A stretch of 64,000 nt of DNA. Source: Dehalococcoidia bacterium. Its GTDB lineage: Bacteria > Chloroflexota > Dehalococcoidia > Lucifugimonadales > UBA3495. The position numbers and the translations under genes were made by a program. Location: the NCBI GenBank assembly GCA_965197665.1, contig CBDANO010000003.1:483947-547946 (forward strand). Direction: 5' to 3'. This document shows, piece by piece, positions 1-9,663 of this stretch (within the stretch, counting starts at the first letter, position 1; the number at the start of each line of letters is the position of its first letter). A model generated the notes under the pieces. The model had not been told where the DNA came from. It saw only the letters and a list, made by a program, of their open reading frames with translations, and made no database searches.

Positions 1-253
1 AGCGCCGGTGAGTGACATGGAGGACCTGGCCCGTTTTCGGCACTTGGAGGAACGCGGCTACTGGATGACCGCGCCGCTGCCTGGCGGGCGGCATGCGCAG
101 GTACCGGGCGTTTTCGCCCGGTTGACCGAGACGCCCATGACGGTGCGCCGGTGGGCGCCCAAGTTGGGTGAGCACAATCAAGAAGTGCTTGGAGGCCTCT
201 TGGGACTTTCGCCCGAGGGTATCGACGCGGCCTCCAGGAACTCTCGCGCGTAG
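1..253 (+). CDS. CaiB/BaiF family III CoA-transferase, C-terminal part (5' end outside window)
   Basis: Frame is open from the window start; ends with APKLGEHNQEVL, typical of CoA-transferase III C-termini; paralog follows. Confidence 0.8.
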   Translation, partial: APVSDMEDLARFRHLEERGYWMTAPLPGGRHAQVPGVFARLTETPMTVRRWAPKLGEHNQEVLGGLLGLSPEGIDAASRNSRA

Positions 254-256
254 GGG

Positions 257-1480
257 TTGGCCATGCCGGGGCCGCTGCCCTTCGAAGGGATAAAAGTCGC
301 CGACTTCTCCTGGGTGGTCGTGGGACCCACCACCGCGAAATACTTGGCGGACCACGGCGCCACGACGGTTAGGGTCGAATCCAACGACCCCTTGGACATC
401 CTGAGAGTTGCCGGGCCGTTCAAAGACAACGTTCCCGGCCCGGACCGCACCCAGTTCTTTGCCGAATATAATACATCCAAGCTTGGCTTGACCCTTGACC
501 TGAAAAACCCGGCCGGCGCCGCGGTGGCCCTCCGGCTCATCGAGTGGGCCGACGTGTACCTGGAAAGCTTCACGCCGGGCACCGTCGACAGCCTGGGAAT
601 CGGGTACGGTGCCGCAAAAGGGGTAAATCCCGCTATAATCATGGCCAGCACCTGCTTGATGGGCCAGACCGGCCCCGCCGCCGGGTTCGCCGGTTTTGGC
701 TTTCACGCCGGGGCTATCTCGGGCTACTATGAAATAACGGGTTGGCCGGACCTGCCGCCGGACGGCCCTTGGACGGCCTATACGGACACCCTCGCCCCCC
801 GGTTCCTGGCGGCAACGATTATGGCCGCCTTGGACCATCGCCGCAGGACCGGTCAAGGCCAACACATCGATGGCGCTCAGATAGAGATGGGCCTCCATTT
901 TCTGGCACCTCAGATAATCGACTACCGCGTCAACGGCCGGTCGGCGTCCAGAAGCGGGAACCGGTTGGAATCTGCTGCTCCCCAAGGAGCTTACCCGTGC
1001 CAGGGTGACGACCAGTGGTGCGCCATCGCCGTGGACAACGACCGGCAGTGGGCGGCTTTGCGGGAGGCTCTGGGAGATCCGCCATGGGCCGCGGACAGCC
1101 GCTTCGAAACCGCCGCGGGCCGGTTGGAACATCAGGATGACATCGACCGTCACTTGAGCTTCTGGACGAAGGGCAAGAGCGCCCGACAGGTTATGGAGAT
1201 TCTAGCGGCGGCGGGTGTGCCGACCGGCGTCGTCCAGAGAAGCAGCGATTTGCTTGAAGACCCTCAGTTGGTCCACCGGGAGTTCTTCCGGCCCTTGAAC
1301 CATCAAGAGATGGGCACCATTCCCTACGGGGGGCACCAGTTCCGGGTCGGCGGCTATGACAGCGGCCCCCGTTCTCCGGCCCCGGTCCTAGGCCAGCACA
1401 ATGATCAAGTGCTGCGAGAGGTGTTGGGCATGACCGACGAAGAAATCAGCCAAGCGATTATTGACGGCGCCTTGGGCTGA
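257..1480 (+). CDS. CaiB/BaiF family III CoA-transferase
   Basis: PFEGIKVADFSWVVVGP, LADHGATTVRVES, NTSKLGLTLDLK, APVLGQHN; start may be ATG 263. Confidence 0.92.
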   Translation: MAMPGPLPFEGIKVADFSWVVVGPTTAKYLADHGATTVRVESNDPLDILRVAGPFKDNVPGPDRTQFFAEYNTSKLGLTLDLKNPAGAAVALRLIEWADVYLESFTPGTVDSLGIGYGAAKGVNPAIIMASTCLMGQTGPAAGFAGFGFHAGAISGYYEITGWPDLPPDGPWTAYTDTLAPRFLAATIMAALDHRRRTGQGQHIDGAQIEMGLHFLAPQIIDYRVNGRSASRSGNRLESAAPQGAYPCQGDDQWCAIAVDNDRQWAALREALGDPPWAADSRFETAAGRLEHQDDIDRHLSFWTKGKSARQVMEILAAAGVPTGVVQRSSDLLEDPQLVHREFFRPLNHQEMGTIPYGGHQFRVGGYDSGPRSPAPVLGQHNDQVLREVLGMTDEEISQAIIDGALG

Positions 1481-1518
1481 GTGTCGGGCGGCCCGGCAGG
1501 GATAGGAGAAAGGGAAGA

Positions 1519-2955
1519 ATGGCTATCAACGAGATTTGCTTGATGGACGCCACCGAGCTTGCCGGTAAGATCAGCCGCAAGGAACTTTCCCCTGTGGAGG
1601 TAGTCGACGCGTTCCTCGGCCAGATAGATAAGACCCAACCGATTCTCAACGCCTTCTGCTTGCTCTTGGGGGACCAAGCGAGGGAGGAGGCGCGGGCCGC
1701 CGAAGAGGCCGTAGCCAAAGGGCGTCCTCTGGGACCTCTACACGGAGTACCTATCGCCATCAAGGACCTGACGCCGACCAAGGGCGTAAGGACCACTTTG
1801 GGGTCGGTGATATTCCGGGATAACGTGCCAGATGCCGACGCCATCGTCGTGGAACGAGTGAAGAACGCCGGCGCCGTCATGGTTGGGAAGACCCTAACCC
1901 CGGAATTCGGATGTTCCGGCTTCGCTCGAAACCTGCTTTCGGGCTACACGCCCAACCCTTGGAATTTCGAGCACACTCCGGGCGGCTCGTCGGGAGGCTC
2001 GACGACGGCAGTGGCGGCGGGGATGGTACCCTTGGCTGAGGGCACGGATGGAGCGGGGTCGGTGAGGATTCCCGCGTCTTGTACCGGGGTATACGGCCTC
2101 AAGCCCCACTTCGGGCGCATACCGCTGGCCATCGTAGAGACTCATTTCGAGTCCTTGCTGAGTTTCGGCCCCATTACCTGGACGGTCCGAGACGCGGCCC
2201 GTCTGTTGTCGGTATGGGCGGGGCCCGATGACCGCGACCCCCTTTCGTTGCCGGATATGGGCGAGGATTACGTGGCGGCATTGGAAGGCGGGGTGGGGGG
2301 AATGAGAGTCGCTTATTCGGACCTCGGATTCGAGATAGACCCCAAGGTGTCGGCGGTGGTGGACCGGGCGGCGGCGAAGCTGGAAGACCTGGGCTGCGGC
2401 GTGGAGCGGGTAGAAATCGACGGCCGGGAAGAAGCGTGGGAGGCCCAAGTAGGCATCTGGCAGTCACTGATCGCTTCGGTATTTGGTGAGTACGTGACGG
2501 AACACCGCCATCAGATGACCGACTACGTCCCCGAGCTCATCAGAAGGGGCCAAGGGATGACGGCGGTGGACTACCATAAAGCCCAAGCCGCCCGCAGTAG
2601 GTACTACGATAAGATCAACGGCATTTTCCAAGAGTACGATTTTATCGTGTCGCCGACCATTGCGGTCCCGCCGCCGTCGGTCCACAGCTTCACCTTCGGC
2701 CCGCAAGAGGTTAATGGGAAGCAAATCGACCCGTACATCGGCTGGTTGTGCACTTGGCCCTTCAACCTCACGATGCACCCGGCGGCGTCGATCCCGGCGG
2801 GATTCACCCCCGAAGGACTGCCGGTGGGTTTGCAGATAGCCGGCAGACGGTTCGCCGAAGGGGACGTGCTGCGATTGTCGGCCCGCTTCGAAGAGGCCGC
2901 TCCCTGGGCGAATGAACGTCCGCCGGTGGCGTTGGACCAAGCCAAGTTCGCTTGA
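1519..2955 (+). CDS. Amidase signature family protein
   Basis: GPLHGVPIAIKDL, PGGSSGGS, GTDGAGSVRIPAS (Ser-cisSer-Lys triad). Confidence 0.95.
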   Translation: MAINEICLMDATELAGKISRKELSPVEVVDAFLGQIDKTQPILNAFCLLLGDQAREEARAAEEAVAKGRPLGPLHGVPIAIKDLTPTKGVRTTLGSVIFRDNVPDADAIVVERVKNAGAVMVGKTLTPEFGCSGFARNLLSGYTPNPWNFEHTPGGSSGGSTTAVAAGMVPLAEGTDGAGSVRIPASCTGVYGLKPHFGRIPLAIVETHFESLLSFGPITWTVRDAARLLSVWAGPDDRDPLSLPDMGEDYVAALEGGVGGMRVAYSDLGFEIDPKVSAVVDRAAAKLEDLGCGVERVEIDGREEAWEAQVGIWQSLIASVFGEYVTEHRHQMTDYVPELIRRGQGMTAVDYHKAQAARSRYYDKINGIFQEYDFIVSPTIAVPPPSVHSFTFGPQEVNGKQIDPYIGWLCTWPFNLTMHPAASIPAGFTPEGLPVGLQIAGRRFAEGDVLRLSARFEEAAPWANERPPVALDQAKFA

Positions 2956-2989
2956 CGGGCTTGGCCAACCCCTGTGCAAGTTTCTTAAT

Positions 2990-3038
2990 GGGTGTTTCAA
3001 AAGTCCCCTCTCCCCGGGGAGAAGCTTGGGATGAGGGG
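2990..3038. repeat. Intergenic REP-like palindrome (CCCTCTCCC...GGGAGA...GGGnTGAGGG type), copy 1
   Basis: gggtgtttcaaaagtcccctctccccggggagaagcttgggatgagggg, similar to 17553-17601; lies between convergent genes. Confidence 0.55.
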
Positions 3039-3107
3039 AAAGGTCTGGAGGCAATCGAGATGATCCGCCAAAGGCAACGGCGGCGGAATAGGAGCGCCCG
3101 CGGCAGC

Positions 3108-4214
3108 TCAGTCTATCGAAAACAGTTCCGACCAGCGGCTCATGTTGGTCAACGGTTTGAAGCCGGTTTCCGTGACCTGCACCAAGTCCTCAACGTGATA
3201 GCCTTCGACGCCGTTTTCCACGTGAGCAGGCTCGACGTTGAGGACCATTCCGGGCAGCAACTCTTGGTCGACATAGGGGTTGATCATGGGGTACTCGTGA
3301 AGGCCCAAGCCGATGCCGTGGCCCACGTGGGGCATCCAGAAAGGAAGCCCCATCTCGGCATAGGCGTTTTCGCAGATGCGGTAAAGGTCGGAAGCGCGCA
3401 ACCCGGGCTTGATGGCCTCGACGGTCTTGAGTTGGACTTGGAATAGCCTGTCGAACAGGTCGCGCTGCTTGGGGGTCGGTGGACCTACGATGACGGTGCG
3501 GGCCACGTCGGACCAATAGCCGCCGAAGCTGCCGCCGACGTCGGTGGTAATGACTTTCCCAAGCTCCAGCTTGTCGGCCCCCGGCCAAGCGTGCCACTCG
3601 ACGGAGCGGAAACCGCAGCCCAGGAAATTGAAATTCATAACGTCGGCGCCGTTCGCCATAATCTTCGACGCTATGTTCGTTCCCACCGACTTTTCGGAGT
3701 CGCTGCCCGTGGCTTCTTGGAAGCCGTCCACGATTGCTTGCTCCGTAATGTTCGCCGCCCAAGACAGGACTTCGATCTCTTCATCCGTCTTTACCATGCG
3801 GACCCGTTCCATCACCGCGGCGCCGTCGTCGAACTGAGCGGCGGGCAGCAGCTTGCGCAGTTGCTCGAAGTGAGCTACCGACATCGACCGCCACTCGATC
3901 CCCAGCCGGCCCGAGCTCAACCCCTTTTCCGCTATCGCGTCGGCCAGCATTTCCACCGGGGAAGTCTTGAACTCGAAGTAAGTGCGCGCGTCGGCTATGG
4001 TGCAGCGGTCCTTGATTGGCGCCACCTCTAGGTCGGAGAGAATAAATACCGGCTCTCCCTGCCGCGGCCACAGCACTATCGCCAGCCGGTCGGGGATTAT
4101 TCGCTGGGTAAGAATCCAGGCTCCGGAAAGGTAAGTCACGTTGTCGAGGGACAAAGCGACGATGGCGTCCAACCCGGACTGGTCCAACAGTTGGTTCATG
4201 CGTTGCGTATTCAC
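3108..4214 (-). CDS. M24 family Xaa-Pro peptidase / creatinase-like
   Basis: Creatinase_N-like N-terminus; TDVGG, SDVART, HVGHGIGLGLHE, NVEP, HVED metal ligands; start GTG 4214 or ATG 4199. Confidence 0.9.
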   Translation of the reverse strand: MNTQRMNQLLDQSGLDAIVALSLDNVTYLSGAWILTQRIIPDRLAIVLWPRQGEPVFILSDLEVAPIKDRCTIADARTYFEFKTSPVEMLADAIAEKGLSSGRLGIEWRSMSVAHFEQLRKLLPAAQFDDGAAVMERVRMVKTDEEIEVLSWAANITEQAIVDGFQEATGSDSEKSVGTNIASKIMANGADVMNFNFLGCGFRSVEWHAWPGADKLELGKVITTDVGGSFGGYWSDVARTVIVGPPTPKQRDLFDRLFQVQLKTVEAIKPGLRASDLYRICENAYAEMGLPFWMPHVGHGIGLGLHEYPMINPYVDQELLPGMVLNVEPAHVENGVEGYHVEDLVQVTETGFKPLTNMSRWSELFSID

Positions 4215-4337
4215 GGGAGTTCGGCCTCTCTGACGCCGGGTATGCGGCATTGAATTTACGGGCAACGGTATCACCGGCGTCTGACGCGGTCAACTTCCAT
4301 CCCCGTACACGGGTGCTGGCGTCTAGGGCAAGCGGCC

Positions 4338-4373
4338 CTCGATCCTCCTTTCACAAAAGGAAGGAGGATCGAG
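4338..4373. terminator. 13-bp perfect stem-loop downstream of the iron-binding protein gene
   Basis: ctcgatcctcctt-N10-aaggaggatcgag; no clear U-tract. Confidence 0.5.
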
Positions 4374-4481
4374 AGGAAATTCCAAACTCAACCGGGTCGC
4401 TGAAGACACGATTGGCCTGACCGACGATGACCCGCGTAGCTGACTAGGACTAGGTCCGCGGACGCAATCGCTACTTTCCGG

Positions 4482-5897
4482 CTAGGGCAAAACCCCGGTG
4501 TCTCGAAGAAGAGCCTGTGTCCCTTGCAGGTCGGCCAGGTCCTTCAGCGGTATGTTCGGCTGATTGATCTCTCCCAAGGGAACAAGAACGTGGGGCGTCC
4601 TGATCCCTTCCACTACCGGGTACTCGAAGGTCTGCCCCGCAAAATACTGCTGGCCCACTCTTGAGAGCATGAACTCCAGGAACCGCTCGGCAACCGCCTT
4701 GTTGTCCGACGATTTCAGGATGCCCGCACCGGCCACCATCACCGTAGCCCCCGGCCCGCCGGCCCTGGGGTGATAGTTGCGGGCGGAGAAGTCCTCGCCT
4801 TCCTCAGCGAGGAAGCGGAACAAGTAGTAATGGTTCACGAGGCCCACGTCGATCTCACCGGCAGCGACGGCAGCCACTTGTGGGGTGTTCTTGGGGTACA
4901 CCTGGGGTTCGTTGGCTTGCACTCCCTCAAGCCACTGCCTCGTCTTCTCTTCGCCCCACAGGACCCGCATGGCGGTAACCATGGTTTGGAATGAGGCGTT
5001 GGTGGGGGCCCACCCGATGCGGCCATGCCATTGGGGCCCGACGAAATCAAAGATATCGTCGGGCAGGTCAGCTTCAGTCAGGACGTCTGGATTATAGACT
5101 ACGGCGCGGGCCCGCCCCGAAAGGCCAACCCACTTCCCCTGGGAGGAGCGGGCCCACTCCGGCACACGAGTAAGAATGCTGTCCGGGAGGGTGGACAACA
5201 TCCCCTCGACGGCCCCCAACCCCCCAGGGTCCTGAGCAAAAAAGACATCGGCGGGGGTATTGGCGCCTTCTTCTAACAGGGTGGCAGCCAGTTGGGGTGT
5301 GCCGGCGTACTTGACGCCTACTTCTATCCCGGTAGCTTCTCGGAATTGTTGGATGATGGCATCCACAAGGGATTCACTACGACCGGAGTAGATAACAAGC
5401 TCCTTCGCCGCCCTCTCCTCAGACAAGGCGGCGTCAATGGCCTGCCGAACTTCTTCGCGGGAGACGCCGGGGGTGATAGCGTCTTCCAAGGCGTCGTCAA
5501 TGGCCTGCCGAACTTCTTCGCGGGAGACGCCGGGGGTGATAGCGTCTTCCAAAGCAGCGGCAATGGCTTGTTCAACGTCAGCGCGGCTAACACCCGGCGT
5601 TACGGCTACGGCAACGGCGGACTCGACCAAAGGAGTGATCTCGGCCGCGGTTAGGCCTTCAGGGGCCGAGTTTGCGATGGCCTCTTGAATGAGGGTCTGC
5701 AGGTCTTCTCCAGAGTCGGCCGGTACTGCTTCCTGTACTGCCTGTTTGACCAATGAGCGCAGTTCCTCAGGATCGATCGTCGGGGCGGGCGTGGCAGCAG
5801 CCGGCGCCGCACCGCCCCCACAAGCAGCCAAGAAGAGAGGAACCACCATCAAGGCAACCATCACCGAGCATATCCGAAACAATCGGCTTCGCGTCAT
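4482..5897 (-). CDS. Fe(III) ABC transporter substrate-binding lipoprotein (FbpA/FutA-like) with long repetitive N-terminal linker
   Basis: Lipobox FLAAC; LVIYSGR, TPADVFFAQD, WAPTNASFQ, GLVNHYY; RBS GGAGG before ATG 5897. Confidence 0.88.
   Translation of the reverse strand: MTRSRLFRICSVMVALMVVPLFLAACGGGAAPAAATPAPTIDPEELRSLVKQAVQEAVPADSGEDLQTLIQEAIANSAPEGLTAAEITPLVESAVAVAVTPGVSRADVEQAIAAALEDAITPGVSREEVRQAIDDALEDAITPGVSREEVRQAIDAALSEERAAKELVIYSGRSESLVDAIIQQFREATGIEVGVKYAGTPQLAATLLEEGANTPADVFFAQDPGGLGAVEGMLSTLPDSILTRVPEWARSSQGKWVGLSGRARAVVYNPDVLTEADLPDDIFDFVGPQWHGRIGWAPTNASFQTMVTAMRVLWGEEKTRQWLEGVQANEPQVYPKNTPQVAAVAAGEIDVGLVNHYYLFRFLAEEGEDFSARNYHPRAGGPGATVMVAGAGILKSSDNKAVAERFLEFMLSRVGQQYFAGQTFEYPVVEGIRTPHVLVPLGEINQPNIPLKDLADLQGTQALLRDTGVLP
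5424..5552. repeat. Intragenic 63-bp tandem duplication (EDAITPGVSREEVRQAIDxAL)
   Basis: Units 5424-5486 and 5487-5549 differ at one base; more diverged units precede them in the protein. Confidence 0.9.
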
Positions 5898-5968
5898 TAA
5901 AACCTCCATATCAATGCCAGAGTATGATTTATGAGCACGTGTTTTCAAATACGTAATCACATAAAATC

Positions 5969-5994
5969 TTAGTGAGTATACATATATTTACTAA
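5969..5994. promoter_or_regulatory. AT-rich inverted repeat, candidate metal-responsive repressor operator
   Basis: TTAGTGAGTATA-CA-TATATTTACTAA (10/12 arm match) about 70 bp upstream of the iron-binding protein start. Confidence 0.55.
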
Positions 5995-6400
5995 CGTGTC
6001 AATAGTTATTTATGGCAGATTCTCATACTAAGCAAAAAATGGGATCCAATCTTTTTGACGCTTGTATGAGATGCCTTACAGCCGGTTTCTACCCCGTATC
6101 TAGGAGATGCCGGCGTCGGGCAAAGGGGTTGCCGGCGTTGCCCAAGAGCGTCGTCATGGCCGGGATCGCCCATGCCTTTACCTGGCGGTGGGAGCTATCT
6201 ATTCATCGCCAACGTAGACGAAGTGGGAGCCGGGCATGGCCAATGCGAAGAGGAAACGGCCCTTCACGTTGGGCTTCATCAGGAGGCAGCTTGAGATGGG
6301 GTAAACCCTCGCACCACGGGTAGACCCCAGAGCAAGATATGGAAACATCAGGTAAACTGGTAGCAGGCTATAGCCAGGTTCAAAGTTCAGGAGGAGATTA

Positions 6401-7570
6401 ATGGAGAAAACCGCCGACGCAGTTGTAATCGGTGGCGGCATATTTGGCGCCAGCGCCGCCCACTTCTTGGCCAAGCGGGGGTTTGGCAAGGTTGTGCTGC
6501 TGGAGAAAACCTCGTTGGCCGGGGTGAGCACCGGACACTCGGCGGCCAACGTTCGCACCTATTACTCCAATCCGGTGACGGTACAACTTGCTTGGCGAGC
6601 CGTCCAGATGTTCGAGAACGACCGGGAAGAGATGGGAGGAGACTCGGGCTTCGAGCAGGTTGGTTTCTTGTTGCTGCTGGAGGAGGAGGGCATGGGTCCC
6701 GGCGAGCATATCCTGGATATGCAGAGACGCCACGGCGTGGAAATGAGAGACATGTCTCCCGAGGACATAAAGGACATGGCGCCCCAGTTCGAGTTGGGGC
6801 GCGTGGTGAGGGGCCACTTGGAGGTCCGCTCGGGTTACGCCGACCCGGTACGGACAACTCGGAGCCTGTGCAAAAAAGGGAAAGAGTGGGGGCTGGCGGT
6901 CCACGAAGGGGTTGGAGCCACCGGCATCCGTCTCCAGGGCGACCGGGTGACGGCGGTGGAAACCGAGGAGGGGGCCATCGAGACCCCGGTGGTGGTGAAC
7001 GCGGCGGGGCCTTGGGGCCGCCGCGTGGGCCAGTGGCTGGGCCTCAATTATTCCATCCGCTGGAGCCGCGAGACGGACATGGTGCTCCGTCTGCCCCCCG
7101 GTTTTGGCGGGTTCCCCGTAGTCTCGGACCCGGGGCTCCGCTTCTACTTCCGGCCCCAGGGGAGCACGGAAATCGTGGCCGGTCTGGGCTTTCCCAAGGA
7201 GATCGAGCCCTTGGACATTGACAACTATGACGGCACTCTAGACCCCCAAAGCCGCGGGCGGATCGAGTCCGGCTTGTTTCAGCGGATCCCGTCGCTCCGC
7301 GGGGCTGACTTCCTGCGGGGTTGGGCATCCATTTACACGGTTACAGACGATTGGCACCCGCTGGTAGGCCCGGAGCCCGGCCTCGAGGGGTATTACGCGT
7401 GCTTCGCGGGGAATGGGCATTGCTTCAAGCTGGCGCCGCCCATCGGCGAGGCGCTGGCCGACGTTATCGCCGGGGACGTGCCGGAAATCGACATCCACCA
7501 GTTCCGGCCCAACCGCTTCGCGGAGGGCGAACCCCTCTCGTCGGCTTGGGGCGGCGGCAACCGGGCCTGA
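6401..7570 (+). CDS. FAD-dependent oxidoreductase (DAO / sarcosine oxidase beta family)
   Basis: VVIGGGIFG, STGHSAA, VVVNAAGPW, GHCFKLAPPIG; RBS AGGAGGAG. Confidence 0.92.
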   Translation: MEKTADAVVIGGGIFGASAAHFLAKRGFGKVVLLEKTSLAGVSTGHSAANVRTYYSNPVTVQLAWRAVQMFENDREEMGGDSGFEQVGFLLLLEEEGMGPGEHILDMQRRHGVEMRDMSPEDIKDMAPQFELGRVVRGHLEVRSGYADPVRTTRSLCKKGKEWGLAVHEGVGATGIRLQGDRVTAVETEEGAIETPVVVNAAGPWGRRVGQWLGLNYSIRWSRETDMVLRLPPGFGGFPVVSDPGLRFYFRPQGSTEIVAGLGFPKEIEPLDIDNYDGTLDPQSRGRIESGLFQRIPSLRGADFLRGWASIYTVTDDWHPLVGPEPGLEGYYACFAGNGHCFKLAPPIGEALADVIAGDVPEIDIHQFRPNRFAEGEPLSSAWGGGNRA

Positions 7571-7699
7571 CCGGGCCGATGGCGAACCGGCCCAACCACT
7601 CTCTTTCCTTACGGGGCGGGGCAACCGCCGCGCTATGCCCGGATGGGCGATAAGAAATTTGCACTTGGGGTAAAATAGCTGAGCCGGAGGTGGGTCAAT

Positions 7700-8026
7700 A
7701 TGGCCGTATTCACATTCTTCTACAAGGTGCGGGTCGACCTGCAAAAATTCTCGTCGAGCGAGGGCCTGATGGACCAATGGAACAAGGAAGCCCAAGCCGC
7801 CACCGCCGCCATGGACGCGGGAGCAGTGCAAATTTGGAAGGACGCGGCGGAACCGGTGGTCTACGTGGTCGCTCAGGTGGAGGCTGACGATCAAGCCCAA
7901 GCCCACGGCAAATACTTGCAAATGCTTTGCGCTCTTCCCATGGGCGCCGACGGTCAGCTAATCATCGAAGAAGGCCACGCCGTGATACCATATCGGGACT
8001 GGGCGGAATACCTGGCCGGCAGATAA
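7700..8026 (+). CDS. Small protein, muconolactone delta-isomerase-like
   Basis: F.VRV...W.KEA.A...G.V.IWK...VV....L.ALPM pattern; RBS GGAGG. Confidence 0.55.
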   Translation: MAVFTFFYKVRVDLQKFSSSEGLMDQWNKEAQAATAAMDAGAVQIWKDAAEPVVYVVAQVEADDQAQAHGKYLQMLCALPMGADGQLIIEEGHAVIPYRDWAEYLAGR

Positions 8027-8056
8027 GACTCCCGGTAAGGCCCCGCCTTTGCTGCT

Positions 8057-8356
8057 ATGACTGAAGAGAACCGAATCCTGGTGGTAGACCGGCATCAGGA
8101 CTTCGTGGACAGCGTCACCCGAGTTTTGGAGGGCGTGGGCTGCATCGTCGCGGGCACGTTGAGCGACGCCACGGCAATCGACATGGCCCTCTCGTCGGAA
8201 TTCAATGCCCTGCTGATTGGCGACGTAGTACCCAACTCCGACGCGGCCCATATCGCCGCGAGGGCCAGAAACGGTAGTCCGGGGATGGCCATCGTCAAGA
8301 TTCACAACCCCGATTCGGTGCTGACACAACTCAGGGTGGCGGGACTGGACCTATGA
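8057..8356 (+). CDS. Small atypical receiver (CheY-like) domain protein
   Basis: RILVVDRHQDFVDSVTRVLE...FNALLIGD pattern; canonical phospho-acceptor residues degenerate. Confidence 0.5.
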   Translation: MTEENRILVVDRHQDFVDSVTRVLEGVGCIVAGTLSDATAIDMALSSEFNALLIGDVVPNSDAAHIAARARNGSPGMAIVKIHNPDSVLTQLRVAGLDL

Positions 8357-8364
8357 TCTCCCGC

Positions 8365-8838
8365 CTACTTCATCTTTTCCACGGCCTCGACGGCGGCGAT
8401 CACGTCCTCCGGCACCGGTAGCTTGCCGGGGGGATAGGTCTCGCGGAACCGGATAACCCCCTGCTTGTCGACGACGATCACCGCCCTGTTGCCGGCGCCC
8501 CGTTCTTCGTTCCACAGGCCGTAGGCGGTGGTTACCTTGCCCTTGGGGTGAAAGTCCGATAGCTCTGGGTAGGGGAGTCCGCCCAAGGCGGTGGACCACG
8601 CCCGGTGGGAGTGGACGGAGTCGCAACTGATGCCCAGGACCTGGGCATTGTTCTCCTCTAGCCGGCTGTAGTGCTGCCGGAAGAGGGCGGCTTGGGTGGT
8701 TCAACCGGAGGTGAAGTCGAAAACGTGGAAGGACAGGACCACGTTCTTGGTTCCCCGGAACTGACTCAGGCCAATATCTCCTTGGTCTACCGATGGCAAC
8801 GTAAAGTCGGGGGCCTGTTCTCCTATTTCTGCTGGCAT
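8365..8838 (-). CDS. Peroxiredoxin (AhpE/BCP-like), probable selenoprotein with UGA at codon 46
   Basis: ATG 8838 after GGAG RBS gives MPAEIGEQAPDFTLPS...VVLSFHVFDFTSG-[TGA 8701-8703]-TTQAALFRQ...VLGISCDSVHSHRAW...ELSDFHP...RAVIVVDKQG, 157 aa with both halves in frame. Confidence 0.88.
8655..8686 (-). promoter_or_regulatory. Candidate bacterial SECIS hairpin
   Basis: CCUCU-U-CCGGC-AGCACUACA-GCCGG-CU-AGAGG; loop begins 25 nt after the UGA with G at loop position 2. Confidence 0.55.
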
Positions 8839-8875
8839 ATCTCCTGCCTCCTAATTCATAGACTATCGATCCCTG

Positions 8876-9556
8876 TTAGAAGGGCGCTATCCGCTCCAAG
8901 ACGTTGAATTTCACGCCGGTGGTAACGGCGTGGACCCTTTTGGCCCAGTCGGTTTCATTGGCTGCTTTGACCGCCGGGTCCCGGACCACCCCGGCGCTTT
9001 CCAATTCGTAGATGGATATCCACTCCGGTTCGCGGCATGGCGTCGTAGGGTGGCGCGCGGTCAACCGGCACAAGCGGGCGTTCATCATTCCGGGGACCTC
9101 CACCATGAGGGGAATGTGCTCCTCCGCATGCCATCGCACCAGTTCCGTCGCGTCCGCCTCCGGGACATCCATGCGCACCGTAGCCGCGTGGGTTGGGCCG
9201 CCGCCGGCCGCCGGCCCGCCGTCGTGGTTCCCGGAAGCCCCGCCGGGCTGGACCGCCAGTTGCTGTTGGTACAAAGCCGCCGAGTGGTTCAAGATGCCCC
9301 GGCTCAAACGGACGGGCGTGTCATCGTTTCTAGCTACAGCCTGGTATTTCTCCGTGTTCAATAACTCGACGCTGGGAAGCTGGTAAAGGTGCATGTACTG
9401 GGGATCGCCGTGTATCGACCGGAACCTCATCGCGCTCAAGAACCCCGCCGCCAGCAGGTCGTCAATGTGCTTTCCCGCAGCCCATAGCTCGAACTCGTCC
9501 CGCACGTCGTCGGTCAAGTCCAGTCTCACGGTGTAGATGATGGGTAGCTCGGCCAT
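8876..9556 (-). CDS. Two-domain EthD/DUF4286-like dimeric alpha-beta barrel protein
   Basis: Repeated W...HI..LL..G...A.R...Y.L motif in both halves. Confidence 0.65.
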   Translation of the reverse strand: MAELPIIYTVRLDLTDDVRDEFELWAAGKHIDDLLAAGFLSAMRFRSIHGDPQYMHLYQLPSVELLNTEKYQAVARNDDTPVRLSRGILNHSAALYQQQLAVQPGGASGNHDGGPAAGGGPTHAATVRMDVPEADATELVRWHAEEHIPLMVEVPGMMNARLCRLTARHPTTPCREPEWISIYELESAGVVRDPAVKAANETDWAKRVHAVTTGVKFNVLERIAPF

Positions 9557-9663
9557 AACCTATCTCCCGTATAAAGAGTCTCAACGTGGTTCATCGTTGG
9601 TGGTTCATCGCTGATGGAAGGGGCTGCTCCTCTATCCCGGCTTGCCATGGCCCGGAAATACGG

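Noticed and set aside
8351..8704. 117-aa minus-strand ORF and the 73-aa ORF 8365-8586 as separate genes
   Set aside because: The first is off-frame and the second is the 3' half of the UGA-containing peroxiredoxin.
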